A stretch of 64,000 nucleotides of DNA from Amphiscolops sp. MND2022. Its lineage: Eukaryota. The number at the start of each line of letters is the position of its first letter. The first letter of the stretch is position 1. Made by a program: the position numbers and the translations under genes. The notes beneath the pieces are model-generated. The model worked only from the letters and a program-made list of their open reading frames with translations. It was not told the origin of the DNA and made no database searches. Positions 23,056 through 37,189 of this stretch are shown here, piece by piece. The stretch spans positions 13,828,001 through 13,892,000 of the forward strand of contig OZ076409.1 in the NCBI GenBank assembly GCA_964187785.1, given 5' to 3'.

Positions 23056-26000
23056 TGTCACGGAACCTGCCAGTGAAGTCGTGGAAAAATTTTAATTCCT
23101 TATTTTTACATTTCATGGAACTACCTTTTCACTATTAGACTTACTATTTCAAGCAAGTCATCTCTACCAGCCTTTTCATGGTACTACATCCATCATGCAC
23201 TATGATTGGCTGTTAGCGTTGATGCTGTCGAACTGACAAAGAATTACCAACCATCACACTTATCACGTCAAGTGAAGCCTTTGAAGAATTAAGTAAAACA
23301 CTCTCAAGGGGCAATTAACAACCTCTGTTGATAAATTGATTGAAAATTATCCACGAGACCGAAAATGAATAAAACTTTAAGAAAGAAGAGCTGAAGAAAT
23401 GATTGGGGAGAAACCCCGCGCTAAAATTGGAATTTGACCTAAGGTCAGAAAGACCGCAGAAGTTTACTTATCCTACTATCATTCTGATAATCGGTCGCTT
23501 AACTTTCCCAAAAACAAAATTGCGACTAGGGTGTTTCTTCGACGATATACTTGTGAAATGACGTTGCAATTCGACTGCGAACTTTATCCAAGATCACTAG
23601 TGGATTTGAGTTACCAATCATCTGACGAAGACCTGGATGTTGATTCCATAACTTCAACCAAAGATGTACTGAATTCTGTCAGTGATGATGACGATGTTCA
23701 GGTTTTGGTCTGTTATCGCATTAGTCCTGAATTCCCCCCACAAATAACAGCATGGCGAGCTATGACCACGGAAATTTCAGAATGCCTCAACGATCTTAAC
23801 TTGCCGAACATCGAACTAGTTGAATCAGCAAGCACTTTTGCCGACCCGTCAAATTCACTAGTCGACTGGTTAATTGGTAATCCACCCCTTCACATTATAT
23901 TCAAGGTGAGACTTATGAGATGAGAATGGCCAAACAAAATGCATTTGAAGGGGAATGAAGGCTGGATCCTTCATTCTTGTACCCGAGGGAGTGTCGCAGA
24001 CTGCCGCTTGCGATGGCCTGCTGTATCAAGTCACCCCAGAAGATGACTCTAATATTACCGGACCGGGAGTCTTACCAATATAAATGAAAACTCAAAACTT
24101 TTGTAACATATTAGCGATTAGTGTTGTCTTATTAAACAAACATTTACTCATGTTGGTTTGGCGCTTAATTTAACTAGAAAGTGCAATTATTTCATCACTT
24201 TGACCTAAGGTCGGTTTGACCGCAGTCGTTTATTTATTTTTATTTCTACCTTCATATACTGATACGTAGTAAGCCTCGTGATTCACCTTTTGTCCATTGT
24301 GAACCAATTTGTGCCTACAATTATGCGATTGATTGCTTGTTGCAGATTAGAAATCAACTGAATTATGTAACAAACTGGTTAAGGTAAAGAAAACGCGTTC
24401 AACTAGTACAGCGTTGCAGTCAAGTTGACGCGTTGTCCAAATTACTTTTGACCAATCAAATTGCGCGAATAGTATTACGATGTAGTCAAGCGGACGTTAG
24501 GTCCAGCTAGCTAGTGAAAGCCAAATAATACTCTCAGATGCATGAAATGTTGATGTTTGCATGTCATCGTTTATATCAATTTGTTGTTGCTTCTATTTAT
24601 AATTTAGAGGACAAATGACGTCATGTTTTGGTTCACCTATTTCCTATTTGTAGCAAATATTATGTCATAGTTAGGATGTTGCTATTTTAATAATGACATC
24701 ATTTCTCTTTTTATCCTATGACACTCTAAATAATGGGTGTCAAGGTGGTAAATGTATTTATACGAAGGATTTGGTGTTCGGAGATTCATTCAATACTATT
24801 GCAACGACATACATACTTTACTGTGAATGTTTAACCTGTTGTTGAATTTACTGTTGAAACGCAAAATTCTCATTGAACTGCTTTCAACTAGAAAGCAGAA
24901 AACTAGAGAAAAGCGTTCAAGACAATCTGACGTGATGTCTGATATTGAAAATTTAGATGTGATGTCAGGTAATTATCAGGAGAGCGATTAAGTTAGAGAT
25001 GAAAATGTTAGTGACGCAGATTTTGACCTAGACTCAAGGAGACCGCAAAAGAAAACGTACTCAATTAGGGGAAACTTTAGGTCACCGCTAAATACCAATC
25101 TGAGTGAAAAGAGTGAAATTACAGCTGAGACTAGTAGAACAATAACTTCAGAGATCTCTTCACAAATGTCTAGAAAACTAGAAGAAATGAAATCAGATCT
25201 AAATTCACACATTTTAAACGTAATGGACTCAGCAATTGAAGAAAAGGTGATTTCCGAATCAGAAACGCACTGGGAAGTCAAAACTCAGCTGAAAATAGGA
25301 ATTTGAACCTTAGGTCAGATGGACCGCATCCAAGTACTTTTTGTCAAGCACGTCCGCGAAAATACCTTCGGTCAAATGGACCGCACCAGCAAATTGCTGG
25401 TAAAGCGCCCCAGGATGCCAAGAAGGACTTTCCTGGATTCGTAGCAATGAGTAGTAACCGAGGAAAACATCATAGAGAAAATTCAGTGGATTCTAGGCAA
25501 AGTGGTGATGAAGATGGTTATGACACCCGGACATGGAAGTCAGAAACCGGTCACAACAAAGTCGACCATTATTTCCCCGACTGGCAGTTTTAGTCACCGT
25601 CAAAGTCGCAAGAGGACTCATGCCAAGAGCACAAGCAATTCACCAAAGACATGAAAATCAACAGGCGCATTCAGATAACAGAAAAAAGACCGATAGAGGA
25701 AGGAGAAGTATCAAGCGTTACCGTCTGGACTGTCGGTGTTAGAAGTCCGGACCAATAACTGGGCAACTTTCGTCGGGTTCAGAATTGTGCTGTACATCAA
25801 AATGGGTCACGATTGAAAAGTACAAGCAATACAATCTAAAGACTGGGATTTTGAAAACACCGTCAAAGAGTTCGCTAAGTACGTACCCCGGTTCATGACG
25901 GCCACCACAAAAAATCCAGAACTGCTAGAAACTCTAATATGCCTAATAAGACAGCAGTACGACCGACATTATTCCAGAGAGTAACAGGCAGCATAAACGG

Positions 26001-26340
26001 AAACTGTACACACGATACGCACTTGTTTTTTACAAAGTGAAGATCTTAGTTCCAACAAATTTACGCACAACTATCATTACGTCTTTCCACAGAAACCATC
26101 CGGGCATCAACAAGTTGACTCTAGCAGCGAAACATTTCTGGCAGCAAATTCTCAGGAAGGATCTCAAACCTAACGTACCGCAATCGGAACAAACTAGTCT
26201 ACCACCATTAGGCGCACCGAACGAAAAAATTCTAATTAGGCGCACCGTCTAATTGGAATTCATTGGACCAATCACAGAATCGTCGATTTGTATTTTACTT
26301 TCCTTGGACCGATATAGTAAACAGTCAGCCATCAGTCTCA
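23056..26340 (+). mobile_element. Decayed Gypsy relic(s): acidic ORF, LTR-like region with gag-like N-terminus, integrase fragments
   Basis: TGTCACG start. Acidic ORF 23531-23923. MSDIENLDVM...KLEEMKSDLNSHIL segment ending ...TATGACA at 25525. PTNLRTTIITSFHRNHPGINK and EFIGPI integrase pieces. No TSD found. Confidence 0.5.
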
Positions 26341-28034
26341 CGCTAATTGCGAATGCCGCCACGATAGATCATATTGAAATCCAGAAGGGAATGGTAAATA
26401 TCAATTCGTGTAACAAGGACGCTGCTAAGAGAATTTCTAGGTACAAGGCGATTGTTCACCCTACTCTGAATATCTTCTGACGTATGTCATTCTGATTTGT
26501 CCCCAGAGGTTTGGTGGAAGACGACTTAAAAGTTAAATTCCAATTTATTTTTTGGTCCGATGGCTGAAAATTTGTGAGCTGGAGTACATCGTTGTGCTAC
26601 CAAGCTGGACATCTTACTCCCTGATTTGGAAGGGACGTTTTCGACAGTTGGATTTTACATATGGCAAGCTGAGGAGTGATTTCTGAGTAGAAAAAGCAGA
26701 GAAAGTTACTTTTTTTCAAACGATTCAATTTGTAATAGTAACATTATTGCCAAGTGAAGTAAAAATCCCCGATAGATACAGATAACTTGTTTCTACATTG
26801 ATTTTTTTCTCCAGACCACAGACCTCAAACTGAAGAATTTCTCAATTTTTCAACAGATTTCTCAAGGCCTTCTATTTTACTAGCAAGCGATCTGTTTTCC
26901 TTTCAAAGGGTACCACGTTCCGCTACCAGTTTTCACAGCTTTTGTCGTTACTGGACAACTCAGAAGGTTTGGTTTTACTGTTTTTTTTCCGGCGCCAAGA
27001 GACTTTTTCCGAAAAGTTTTTATTTATGCTAGCAAAAGGCCTAGCGTCGTCTCTTTGTTTTTTTGGTACTATCAGGATTTTCTGAGTTTTCCTTAAACAG
27101 CTGGATTGCCTTCCTTCAATTTTTAGCAGAAACAGCGTTTTGCAAACATAGAAGGCTTCGTTGATTTTTTGGTACTATTCGACTTATCGAAGACATTTTT
27201 CGAAAAAAAATCAAACCAAAAAATTTTAAAAACTTTTACCTTCTCAGTTTTTTGTTTTTCTGTTCTTTGTTTTTTTTGTTCTGTAAACTGATGAGAATTT
27301 TCTCAATATCTGTGGAAAAGATGTGCAGATTTTTAGGCTCTCAGTGGCTTTTTCCCGAAAAATTTTTGATGGCATTAAAGGGTACCTTTTGTTTTTAAAC
27401 TTAAAACTTGTTTTTGAACAAGTTCTCGGCTCCGGAAAAAAACGTTTTGCTCGCTTAAAGCTCCTCTTTGGCAATATGAAACTTTTTTCCGAAGAAAAAG
27501 TATTTTTTAAAAAATAGGGTTTTCTTATGTTTCCAGTTAAAAAAAACTTTTGCGCCTTATATGTATCCCTTCGGGTATTTTTTGGCTGCAGCCATGAATG
27601 AATGTGACATAACATTGACAATAGTGTCCCTTCGCATAGGTAAAAAGTATGCCCTTCTCCAGGCTGGGGTTTTCGGCACTATGAGATTTTGTTTTTAAAA
27701 AATTGACTTTTTTCATCATACACGTTTTCTGATGTTTCCATATCAGAAAAAGCGATTTTCGAGTCTCAAGCGTACCTGTTCGTGTATTTTTGACACTGTA
27801 TGATATTCAAAACGTTTCCATAGTTGGCCCCTGAATATTTCAAACACTTTGATTTTTTAACCTTCAGCGGGCGCCGACTTAGGCCGTTTGTTCTTTTTGT
27901 TAAATTACAACATTTGTTATTTTCCTAAATAACACACGTTTTCCAACTCTGGCATCAATGCGAACTTCACAGCAACAACAGCTTATATGAAAACTAGGTA
28001 AATGATCCGAAAGCTACAGAAAAGCTTCAAATAT

Positions 28035-28382
28035 GGTGTCCGGAAATTACGCCCAAACGGAAATTACGCCCAAACGGAAATTACGCCCAAACGTAAATTA
28101 CGCCCAAGGAAATTACGATAATGTAATCAGCTATGCTCACATACTTCTAGTGCCCTAAATGCAGAAGCGAAGCGACGTGCCATATGACCATGCCTCAATG
28201 TTGCTACTTGGCGAAGGGAGCGAAGCGACCGAGCCATGCAACAAACATGCTAACCTCTTTAAATAATAACCTGAAAATAAACGCTGCTATTCGCTTTGAA
28301 TAGCTTAATTTCCATGGGAGTAATTTCCGTTTGGGCGTAATTTCCTTGGGCTCAATTTCCTTGGAGGTAATTTCCTAGAACC
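28035..28382. mobile_element. MITE with GGAAATTACGCCCAAAC subterminal arrays
   Basis: GG...CC ends, inverted tandem arrays, TSD TCAAATAT at 28027-28034 and 28383-28390. Confidence 0.88.
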
Positions 28383-29942
28383 TCAAATATTGGCAACACT
28401 CGACAAAGATCAATTACACGACAGCCCTATCAAACCTACTAAGTTCTGTAATACGATTTTTACACTAGTTGCTATGACAAAAAAACTTCAATATGGAAAT
28501 CTCTGTCCTCAAAATGTTCTAAGTGCGATAATACAGTTTGAACTCTACAGCAAAGGAACGTGTGATTACGAGATTACGAGAGAATCTGTGTGTGTCTGAA
28601 AAAGAATCAGAGAGATTCTCAAACAGATTCGTGATTGACAATCGCGGTCATTAGTTTGAGCCCCCCCCCCCACATCCCGCCACATGGCTCCGTTTTGGTC
28701 TTATGCTGGTTGACTGATCATCCACTTTATTTGTAATTCAAACGCTCATTATGATTGAAGCTGCTTTAGCTGCTAATGTAAATATTCATATCATTTTTCA
28801 TTTTTCTCAATATCATTTTTCTCAGTTTTTTTATAGGTTTTAATGTACTTACTTCAATGTCACGCATGTTTTAAGACGGAGCATATTTAGTCATTTGGAA
28901 ATTTTTTGATTCGAAAAATCATGGATGTAATCATGAAAATGAAAATTGCAATTTTGAACCCCCCTTACCAAAACCGTAGTGGCATTATGATGCTTTTAGT
29001 GCTTTTAGGGGTCCTTTGCAGGGGCTTCTATGCTAATTCTTTTTGTTTAACTTAATTCATTGCCTGTTATTTATGCCCTCTGATAAAAGAAATTATTATT
29101 ATTATTAGTTACTTCAAGAAAACGAATTGCCTAGTCGATCTTGCCATTTTGCATTCGTATGAAATTCAGAAATAACCCGAAAAATTTGTCAACCTAAAGA
29201 TAAGTTGATGGAATCAATGAACCTGCTCATAGATTCTCTTTTTCAAGTTCTTGTGAAAAATACAGATCGTAAAAAAGTGGCACAGCACTTTATTTTTTTG
29301 TTATCCAGGGATAAAAAGCGTTTGAAACTTCATTTCGACATCAACCAAAAATACAAAAAATCCCATCATTGCATGACTGAAGGTAACAGCTCCCAAGCTC
29401 AGCCAATAAAACTTGGAAAATTTTTCCACTTCATTTTTGTTCTGAAACGTTGCATAAAAGGCGTCAAAAATGAATGTTTGAGTTGTTCTCAGTTCGCAAA
29501 TCCTCTAAAGTTGCCCTAAATGCTGTCTTTGTTCAATGAACCCATGTGAAAAATCCTAACTTGAATCCTAACTTTAAAAACTTTTTTGCTACCTTTTTGA
29601 TGTTTGTACTCAAAAATATGAGGCTCATATTTTTGAGTACAAACATCCAATGCCAATTAGTATTTTGGCAGATTTGTAAAAAAAACGCGACACAGATTAT
29701 GATTTTCCTCCCCCATTATATGTGGGCGGAAAATAATAATAAAACTGGATGGGATGAACCCTCACATGACCACCGAGGTACGCAGTAGGCACGTGCTTAA
29801 AGTGGATTGTTCAGTTTGATGCAATATTTAAATTCATTCGACACGTCGATGTAAAATAATAAAATTGGCCAAGAACCGTTTACGGAATTCTTGTACTAAA
29901 AATATGTTAACCTTGCTGCCTTTGTAATGCAGAAAATGTGAG

Positions 29943-30658
29943 TGTCATGCCGATGGGGGAATTTATATCCTCAACCCTCTGAGGCTGACACAATTAATCA
30001 GAACTTTTTTAGCGTTCAAACCTCACTAAATACAAGTTTTTTGATTGGAATTCGAGTTATTTCAAATCGGTTATTTTTAAATGCCTCACACACAAGAAAA
30101 CAGAAAAGCAAAGCTCGAAAATCTAGAGAAGCTGAGATGTTATCTGACTTAGAGAATATGGATATATTGCTTGGTAGCAACCTTTTTGAAAGAGAGGATA
30201 GTGAGTTTGGAAATTCGGCTAGAAGGCCTGAAAGTCCTAGTTACGATTCATTAGTAGACCACAATCAATACCAATTCTCACTCTAATTCTGGTAAGAATG
30301 AAATCAAGGGTTTGCCGGAAATGGCCTTAACTCAAAGGAAATTGATTCTAGTAGCTAGATAAAGAGACTGTCAGGAGAGCGTAATCAAGAATAACTGAAG
30401 AAATGAATGATCTGATGAAAAGCGTGAGCTTACAAATTCAACGGGCTTAAAGTGAAGCAATTAATGAACAAGTGTTGCCACAAATACACCTCTCGCTCAG
30501 GTCCGGTTCCGGAAAAATGCCCCAAAGGGATGGAACGTTCCTAGCGAGAGACCGGAATATAGATCCTAAGGAAATCTCTACCACAAAGTTAGAAGCAGTT
30601 CGAGAGATGGGTTCCCCGAAATCTGATTAGAGAAGAGGATGAGGAGGATCTCATTACA
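29943..30658 (+). mobile_element. LTR-like fragment carrying a gag-like N-terminal frame
   Basis: TGTCA...TTACA ends. TRKQKSKARKSREAEMLSDLENMDILLG resembles the 24880-25525 segment. No TSD. Confidence 0.4.
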
Positions 30659-30997
30659 ATACTGAAAAAGCAACTATGCGTTTCTAAGTTGGCGCCATTC
30701 TGGATCTCCCCTCTGCAAGCTATGGTACCATATTTACAGCCAAATTATCAAGCAATGGTGAACTTGAAGCTGTGGTTTCCAAGTGACTTGCTCAAGGTCC
30801 CAACGTCCTGACTGCTCGTCGTTGCTCTTTCTGGTTTTGCTTTTCTCCACCAAGTGCGTTATTTTTGGCATTGATCATACCACTAAGATAGGGATGAAGG
30901 ACTTGCTTAAGGCCCAACAACGGTGAGTTGAGAGAGATTCGAACCTGCTACCGCCCCAGCACAGGCCGATAACACTAACAACTACACCATGCACCCC
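30659..30997 (-). mobile_element. tRNA-derived SINE with CORE-like motif
   Basis: Minus-strand head has A box TGGTGTAGTTG and B box GGTTCGAATC. Body contains GGGACCTTGAGCAAGTCACTT (30781-30801). 3' boundary approximate. Confidence 0.6.
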
Positions 30998-32126
30998 TGG
31001 CAATGCAACTCATGGTGCCCATAAGCATTCAAAACTTTTTCCATAAACAATCACCAAGTTAATATTGTTTACAGCATTGAATGATGCTTTCATATTTTTT
31101 TTTGGTTTTTCAAAAAACGGCGTGTTTTCTTAATATCTGATTGAAAAAAAGCTCAGTGAAATTCTCAATTATTGATTTTGATTTTGTATCTAAATGATTA
31201 TTTGTGGGACAATGATTTCGTAATGACTTTGTAGTTAAGAATACATAATCAGTGCAAAAACCAGTTTGATCGATTTTTCAATTGGTCTTCAAATCTGGAC
31301 TGAATTTAAGCATGCTTTATTACAACAATTGGTGCGTCAGTAGGAATTTTCAGTCTTTTTTATACACGAATTAACCGTGACTGAATTTTTTTTGTTCACG
31401 ATGCGTTGAAGTAGCTTCGTTCGAAAAGGCCAAAACCAAGGATAGCATGGGACCACCACTTTGGCCTTTCAAAATCGATTCTTGTGGTGCTGTTGAAATT
31501 TAAAATCAAACTTTAATTATTAGTCGCAGAGCTAAGAAAACAATTTTGGTGAGAGCAAAATTAATTTTTTCAAGCTCCACTTCGATTGCTATATGTTCGA
31601 GGTTTCATTCTACAAGAGCAATTATCACAGTTGAAAGTTAAGCTATCTAGTGAACTTTCTGTCAAACAAAAAATGTGACGTATATTTTCGAAGTGGTTTG
31701 TAGCTGAAAGATTACCATCTTTTGTTCAAACCTCATTGGTAAGCTTGAAAGCTTAAATAATTAAGAGATATAAAATTTCATATTTTGGTTCTTAAATTTA
31801 TTTGGTTTTATGCACGGTTTGCCAATTATTGTACCGAAGATGAACGTTTAGCTAATGATAAATTCATCATTTTTTGCTCAAATTCTTTCTCAATAATTTG
31901 TTGAATTGCACAAATTTTTGCTTAGCCAAACATTCATTCAGAGTTTGCTTTTCTGCGATTTGCTAGTCAAAGCTATCAACATCAAAGACGTCTGGATTAG
32001 AAACTGGACCAAAAACCGGTTTTTTGGCTGCCTTCTTGACTTCTTGATTTTCACTCTTGTTCGTTCTACCACTCTTCTTCGTTCACGTGAACCTTTAGTA
32101 TGAAAAACTAACAAAAACGTAGAAAA

Positions 32127-33402
32127 ATGTCTGGCCTAACTGGAATCAATTTTGCCAGTGGTTCCAGCAGTAGTAGCAGCAGCAGAAATTCATCCTTAAT
32201 CAGACTTCCAGGACAGTCCCGCAAAGCCCACAAAGCCAACGAAAGTGCGCCCTGGAAACACAAACGAGCGAATTCTAGCCAAGACGAACTCGAATCAACA
32301 CTGGTCGCAAAGAGCAGAAATTCTCCAACCTTATCCGTTCATAAGGCAGTTCATACTTTTAGTGACTGGAGCTACGTCAGAAATAGCGACCCCGGATTGG
32401 TTGCCAAAACCACCCAATCAGAAAGCATCCCGAGTAGAACTAACAGTGACCACAGTTTCATGACCTCTCCCTCCCCTCAGTTGCACAGGGAATCTTACTC
32501 TTCAGGCTCGGACCGAAACTCCATCAAATCTCCCAGGTAATTTTCTTCGTATGTGGACGAACCTTCTTCGTTGATGTAATAAGTTGATTCATTGAATTTT
32601 AATTTTTTCGAGGTACCCGGACTCCAGATAGCTGTAGTAGAACTTTTCAAAAAATTTATTGCATGATGTCATGTTTCGTCAGGAAAATATTGTTCTAGCA
32701 AAATGGGCTGTTGAGATTGGAATTCATCCTCAAAATTGTTCTAAAATCTTCAGAAGGCATGCATTTGTTAGAATTAGAGTTTTGTTGATGGAAAAAAGAT
32801 TAAAGGGACCTTTCTGCTTTTTCTCCTGATACAACAAAAACATAAAAACATCCAATTAATTCCTTGAATTTCAGACAATCTCTCCAACTTTCAGCCAAGT
32901 GTAAACTATGTGGAAAATACTTGGTTCGAGGAACAAAAAAAAGTATTAATTGAGTTCAACATTTTATAAAATTTGAATGAAATCAGTACATTATTTCGCA
33001 GAAACCAAAAACCCTGTTTTTCTTGTTTTGTGTTTCAATAACTTAAGTTTCTCTTTTGGAAAACGAAGTGAAATGGTTGCCCGGTTTTGCAGATGCCGCA
33101 AATTGAAATCTCCCTTCAGTGGGGGTACCGTACTGCCGTCAAAACCTTGTCTGAAAAGAGCCCCACCCTCCACTCAGGACATAGCCCTACAATCCAGTCA
33201 CACCCAAAGTTCTTCCTCCCCTCACAGAACCGAAGCTACCCTAACCAAGAACTCCCTGCAATTCCAGAACTACCCGCAATCAGCCGCGTCTCAGAAGGCC
33301 GCCAGCAAATCAACCGGAAGGGCATCTGCTGTCTCTGTTTCCAGAAGTTTCAGCAGTCCCTCCCCCGAAAGCTCCAGTTCCGATTCCGGTTTCTTTAAAT
33401 AA
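32127..33402 (+). CDS. Possible spliced host gene, Ser-rich low-complexity protein (~240 aa)
   Basis: AAAAATG start. Exon 32127-32536 ends CAG|GTAATT (phase 2). Acceptor TTTTGCAG at 33092 continues in phase (RCRKLKSPF...DSGFFK*). Both exons are GC-richer than their surroundings. A 24-nt exon at 32875-32898 is possible. Confidence 0.45.
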
Positions 33403-34363
33403 AGTGCAAAGTTTCCAATCAAAATCAGGTCACGTGAAACGACGAGATGGGCCACAAACATGAGAGCCACTGGACGGACGAATTTTAGGACCCCCGTTTT
33501 TGGATCTCACTTCAAAAGTGAATCTGATTGGTCCGTTGGATTTTGTGGTCATCTGCGAATGTGCCAATAACTGCTGAAACTTGTCTAACAAATGTTTTAT
33601 TTTCGTACAAAAAAATTTATACTAAATTTTATTGTGATCAATTACAACCTTTTTCCATTTCAAATTTAAATCTTCGAAAACACATTTTTCTTTGAAGGTT
33701 CAGAGAAAACAGGAGCTAGAAAGTTCGAAAATTCGGTGAAAAGAAGTAAAAATTTATACGCACCACCATTAAAGTCAAGCACAATCATTACAAATATAGT
33801 TCGAGAAAAAACTGTCCTAATTTTTTGCATTTTGAATCTCAATGTGGACACAAACGATACCACGAGTACGTTTTTTTGAAAGATAATTCACCAAGTTGAT
33901 AGCTCTTTTTTTTCGGTGTCCGTAAAACATGATTTGATGGAGTTGTGCATCAATGAAATAATAACCTGTTTGCTAAACATCATAACATCCAAACACATGT
34001 CCCTGAAAACATTATATTCAAAATCAAACGTGTCGAAATATCCAATGTGTGAATATGACCCATGTCATTAACTTGAAACTTATACAATTTTTGATGCAAT
34101 CTTCATTCTCTTTATGAGTACTTTTGTGCATCAGAGAGTCGGCCTCCAAAATTGACACATCACCACGCTTCAGTTGAGTCACGTATTTAGGGTGCAGTCC
34201 TGCATTTAGGTAAAAATTTCAGCACGTATCTCAGATAAAGGTAGCACAAAATCAAACTCAGCCGCATTCAAGTTTTACAGATTTTGCTTTACTATAAGAA
34301 GGCAGAGCTCCTTCCAAAAAATTAGCCTATTTATCGATAGAGAAGTGTGGAAGAATTGAAAAG

Positions 34364-35062
34364 GGGAGGCGGAAATTTCGTCGTCAGAAATTTCGTCATC
34401 GGAAATTTCGTCGTAGGAAATTTCGTCGTATTAGCAAATCCAGAAATTTCGTCGTCAGAAATTTCGTCGTATTGATTAGAATAACAGCGTTCACCAAAAA
34501 ATATCATTTGAATTATTCAATTATTTAATTATTAAAATGAGATCTAAAGAACAAGTTTCATTTTGACACCAAAATTGAGTCAAAAAGTTAATTGCATTCA
34601 ATCAACTGAGCAATGGTATATTTTCAGTCCTACCGGTGTAACTACTTCTCGGGCTTTACAATACAATTTAAGTTTGTTCCAGGGGGAATTTTTGCTTTTC
34701 TTTTGTCAGAAAATTATTTAAAAAAACTTGGTAATTTTTGCTTCAAGTGCCGAAACAACTTCGTGTTCGGGGGATAAGAAACAACGTGTATCTGGGGGGA
34801 TAAGGTCCGAAACTGTTTCTCTCAAAACCAGAACTAAAAGTAGTCAATGATAGTAATAATTGTACAATTATCGATAATTATTAAGACTCAATAATAAAAC
34901 GATTCCTATTATATTAAAGAAAATGCGACGTTTTATAGAACGTGATCACCGGCGACGAAAATTCTGACGACGAAATTTCTGACGACGAAATTTCCGACGA
35001 CGAAATTTTTTGCGACGAAATTTCTGACGACGAAATTTCCGACGACGTAATTTCTGGTAATC
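34364..35062. mobile_element. MITE with 15-bp GAAATTTCGTCGTCA subterminal arrays
   Basis: Arrays inverted at the two ends. TSD TTGAAAAG at 34356-34363 and 35063-35070. Confidence 0.88.
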
Positions 35063-35617
35063 TTGAAAAGAGTCAAAAAAATGGTAGTTATATCAGTTTT
35101 CGAAATTTTTGTGCACGTTTCGAACGTCTTCGTTGCATAAACTTGTTCTGCCTGGTTTTATTCTCTTTTCCGCGGCCCCATCATCAAAACTTGAAATTAA
35201 AAAAAACAGTAAAGTATTCCAACTGGATTAGTTAAAAGTGAAACCGTTTTCCATAACGGGGCGTTAACTTCTATTAGAACAATATATTGTTTGAACAACA
35301 CTTGGACTGTGAATATGTTGAAATTTAACTGTTTTTTTGTGATTGATTTCCGAATCAGAAATGGGTGACTTCAGAAGGAGTAATATTGTGAACAAAGTTT
35401 GAATCTGGATCCTAACCTGTCATCTAAAAACTGAAGTTGATTTTGAAGGTTTCTGATTTGACTTCCAGTGTTTTGTGTCGATAAGTTCACTTTTTCTTAC
35501 ATAGGATATTTTGGTGGGGTGGTCTTTAACAGAAAAGAACCGTATGTTAGAGCTAACATAAGTTCAGGGGGTGGAGAATGCTTTGCTCAGTTACCCATTC
35601 CTTATTTCGATTCATTA

Positions 35618-36642
35618 GAGTGCACAGGCAAGCCTTATTTGCTCAAAGCGCAACATAGTGCTTTCAATATCTCGGATTCCACGACCATACCTATAACCGT
35701 GCAAAATTGGCAAATTACGTCATTTGTCCCGGATTCCACGGATTTAGTCGTGGATTCCAGTAACAAATGCTTAGCTGTACGAACTGTCGGCATGCAGCGG
35801 TGTCCCGGATTCCACAAAAACGTAAGTTTTGCAAAATGAACCAATCAGATTGCAGAAATCATAAATTTCCTTGATTCCACGACTTTATGCTTGACGCGAT
35901 ACGCGGCATCTCTTCTTTAATTAAATTCAAGTGGAAGACTGAACAAACATATAATTATGCACTACTTTTTGTATATTAATTCAAAATGATTCAGACAATC
36001 ACACCAATATCACACAAAATTTTTGTATTTTTCAGTTTAGTACCAGTTTTGAACAAACTGCCAAATCATCACAATCTGCCATTATTTGATGACATGCTTC
36101 ATTTTTGGTACCAGTCACGAGTATCTCTATTCGTACTTCTTGGATTTTTCGTGTCAATCAAAACAATTTCCTTTGATATAAGATTGATTTAATTCAAGTT
36201 CTTCTGCCTTTCTAATAATGATCATGCAAAATGAATATTATACTACACAAATATTCGTAATTTTCAGTTTAGTACCAGTTTTGAAAAAAACTGCCAGATC
36301 ATCACAATCTGCCATTATTTGATGACATGCTTCTTTTTTGGTACCAGTCACGAGTGTCTCTATTCGTACTTCTTGGATTTTTCGTGTCAATAAAAACAAT
36401 TTCCTTTGATATAAAAATGAATTAATTTAAAATGATTACTCAAAATCAGCGGACCAATCAGAGAGCAGCGGCAAAAGTGTCATTATAGCAGCATTATTGG
36501 CGTGGAATCCAGGACAAGCACTGTCGTGGAATCCAAGACACGCTGAACATCAAAGAGAAATTTTGTCCTGGATTCCACGACTTTTCTCAATTTTCGTGTC
36601 CCGGATTCCACGAAAAGCAGCAAAAAGCTTGCTTGTGCACTG
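35618..36642. mobile_element. Non-autonomous TA-flanked DNA transposon (Tc1/mariner-like ends)
   Basis: TA|GAGTGCACAGGCAAGC ... GCTTGCTTGTGCACTG|TA. Repeated GGATTCCAC motifs. Internal ~150-bp duplication (36029-36181 vs 36261-36414). Confidence 0.75.
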
Positions 36643-37189
36643 TAATGTTACCTATCGCTGTCATCTTAAAATCACACCAAGTCATTGTTGTGAGTTGTCT
36701 AGATTTCGAAATGGATAGCTCATGTTAAAATCTACAATGCACCTACTAAGTACAATTGATTCAAAGACACAAAACCTAATGTAAATAGTTTGTCAAAAAG
36801 TATATAAATAAAAATTCAATATTACAGTTTCAGCTGGTAAAGGTCCTTCAGTTCTATGACTATCGTAATCTGAAGAAAATAGGACGAAGTAATCACCACA
36901 TTCCATTCCATTTTCTGGGCATCCCTTCACTATTTGATTAACTCGGCTTTCTACCCGATTTTCTTGATTGAAGTCGATATCTACATGGTTCACTGTATTC
37001 CCCCATCACTTTCGCACTCAAATTTGGTCTTACGGGCCCGGTTTCGATGATTTCAGCCTTTCCATTACAAACGCATTATCATATTCCATCGAATGTATTT
37101 TTCATCAACACCGAGCAAGCAGTGTCGGTTTATTGATGTTAGTTTGTCGCTTTGAAAAAAATCGGCATAAGTAAAACTACTAGCATAAG

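Noticed and set aside
30925..30997. Functional tRNA gene
   Set aside because: A and B boxes are present but no convincing acceptor or anticodon stems; it continues into a SINE-like body.
34942..35235. DDEIS-repeat protein
   Set aside because: Translation of the 15-bp subterminal array of a TSD-bounded MITE.
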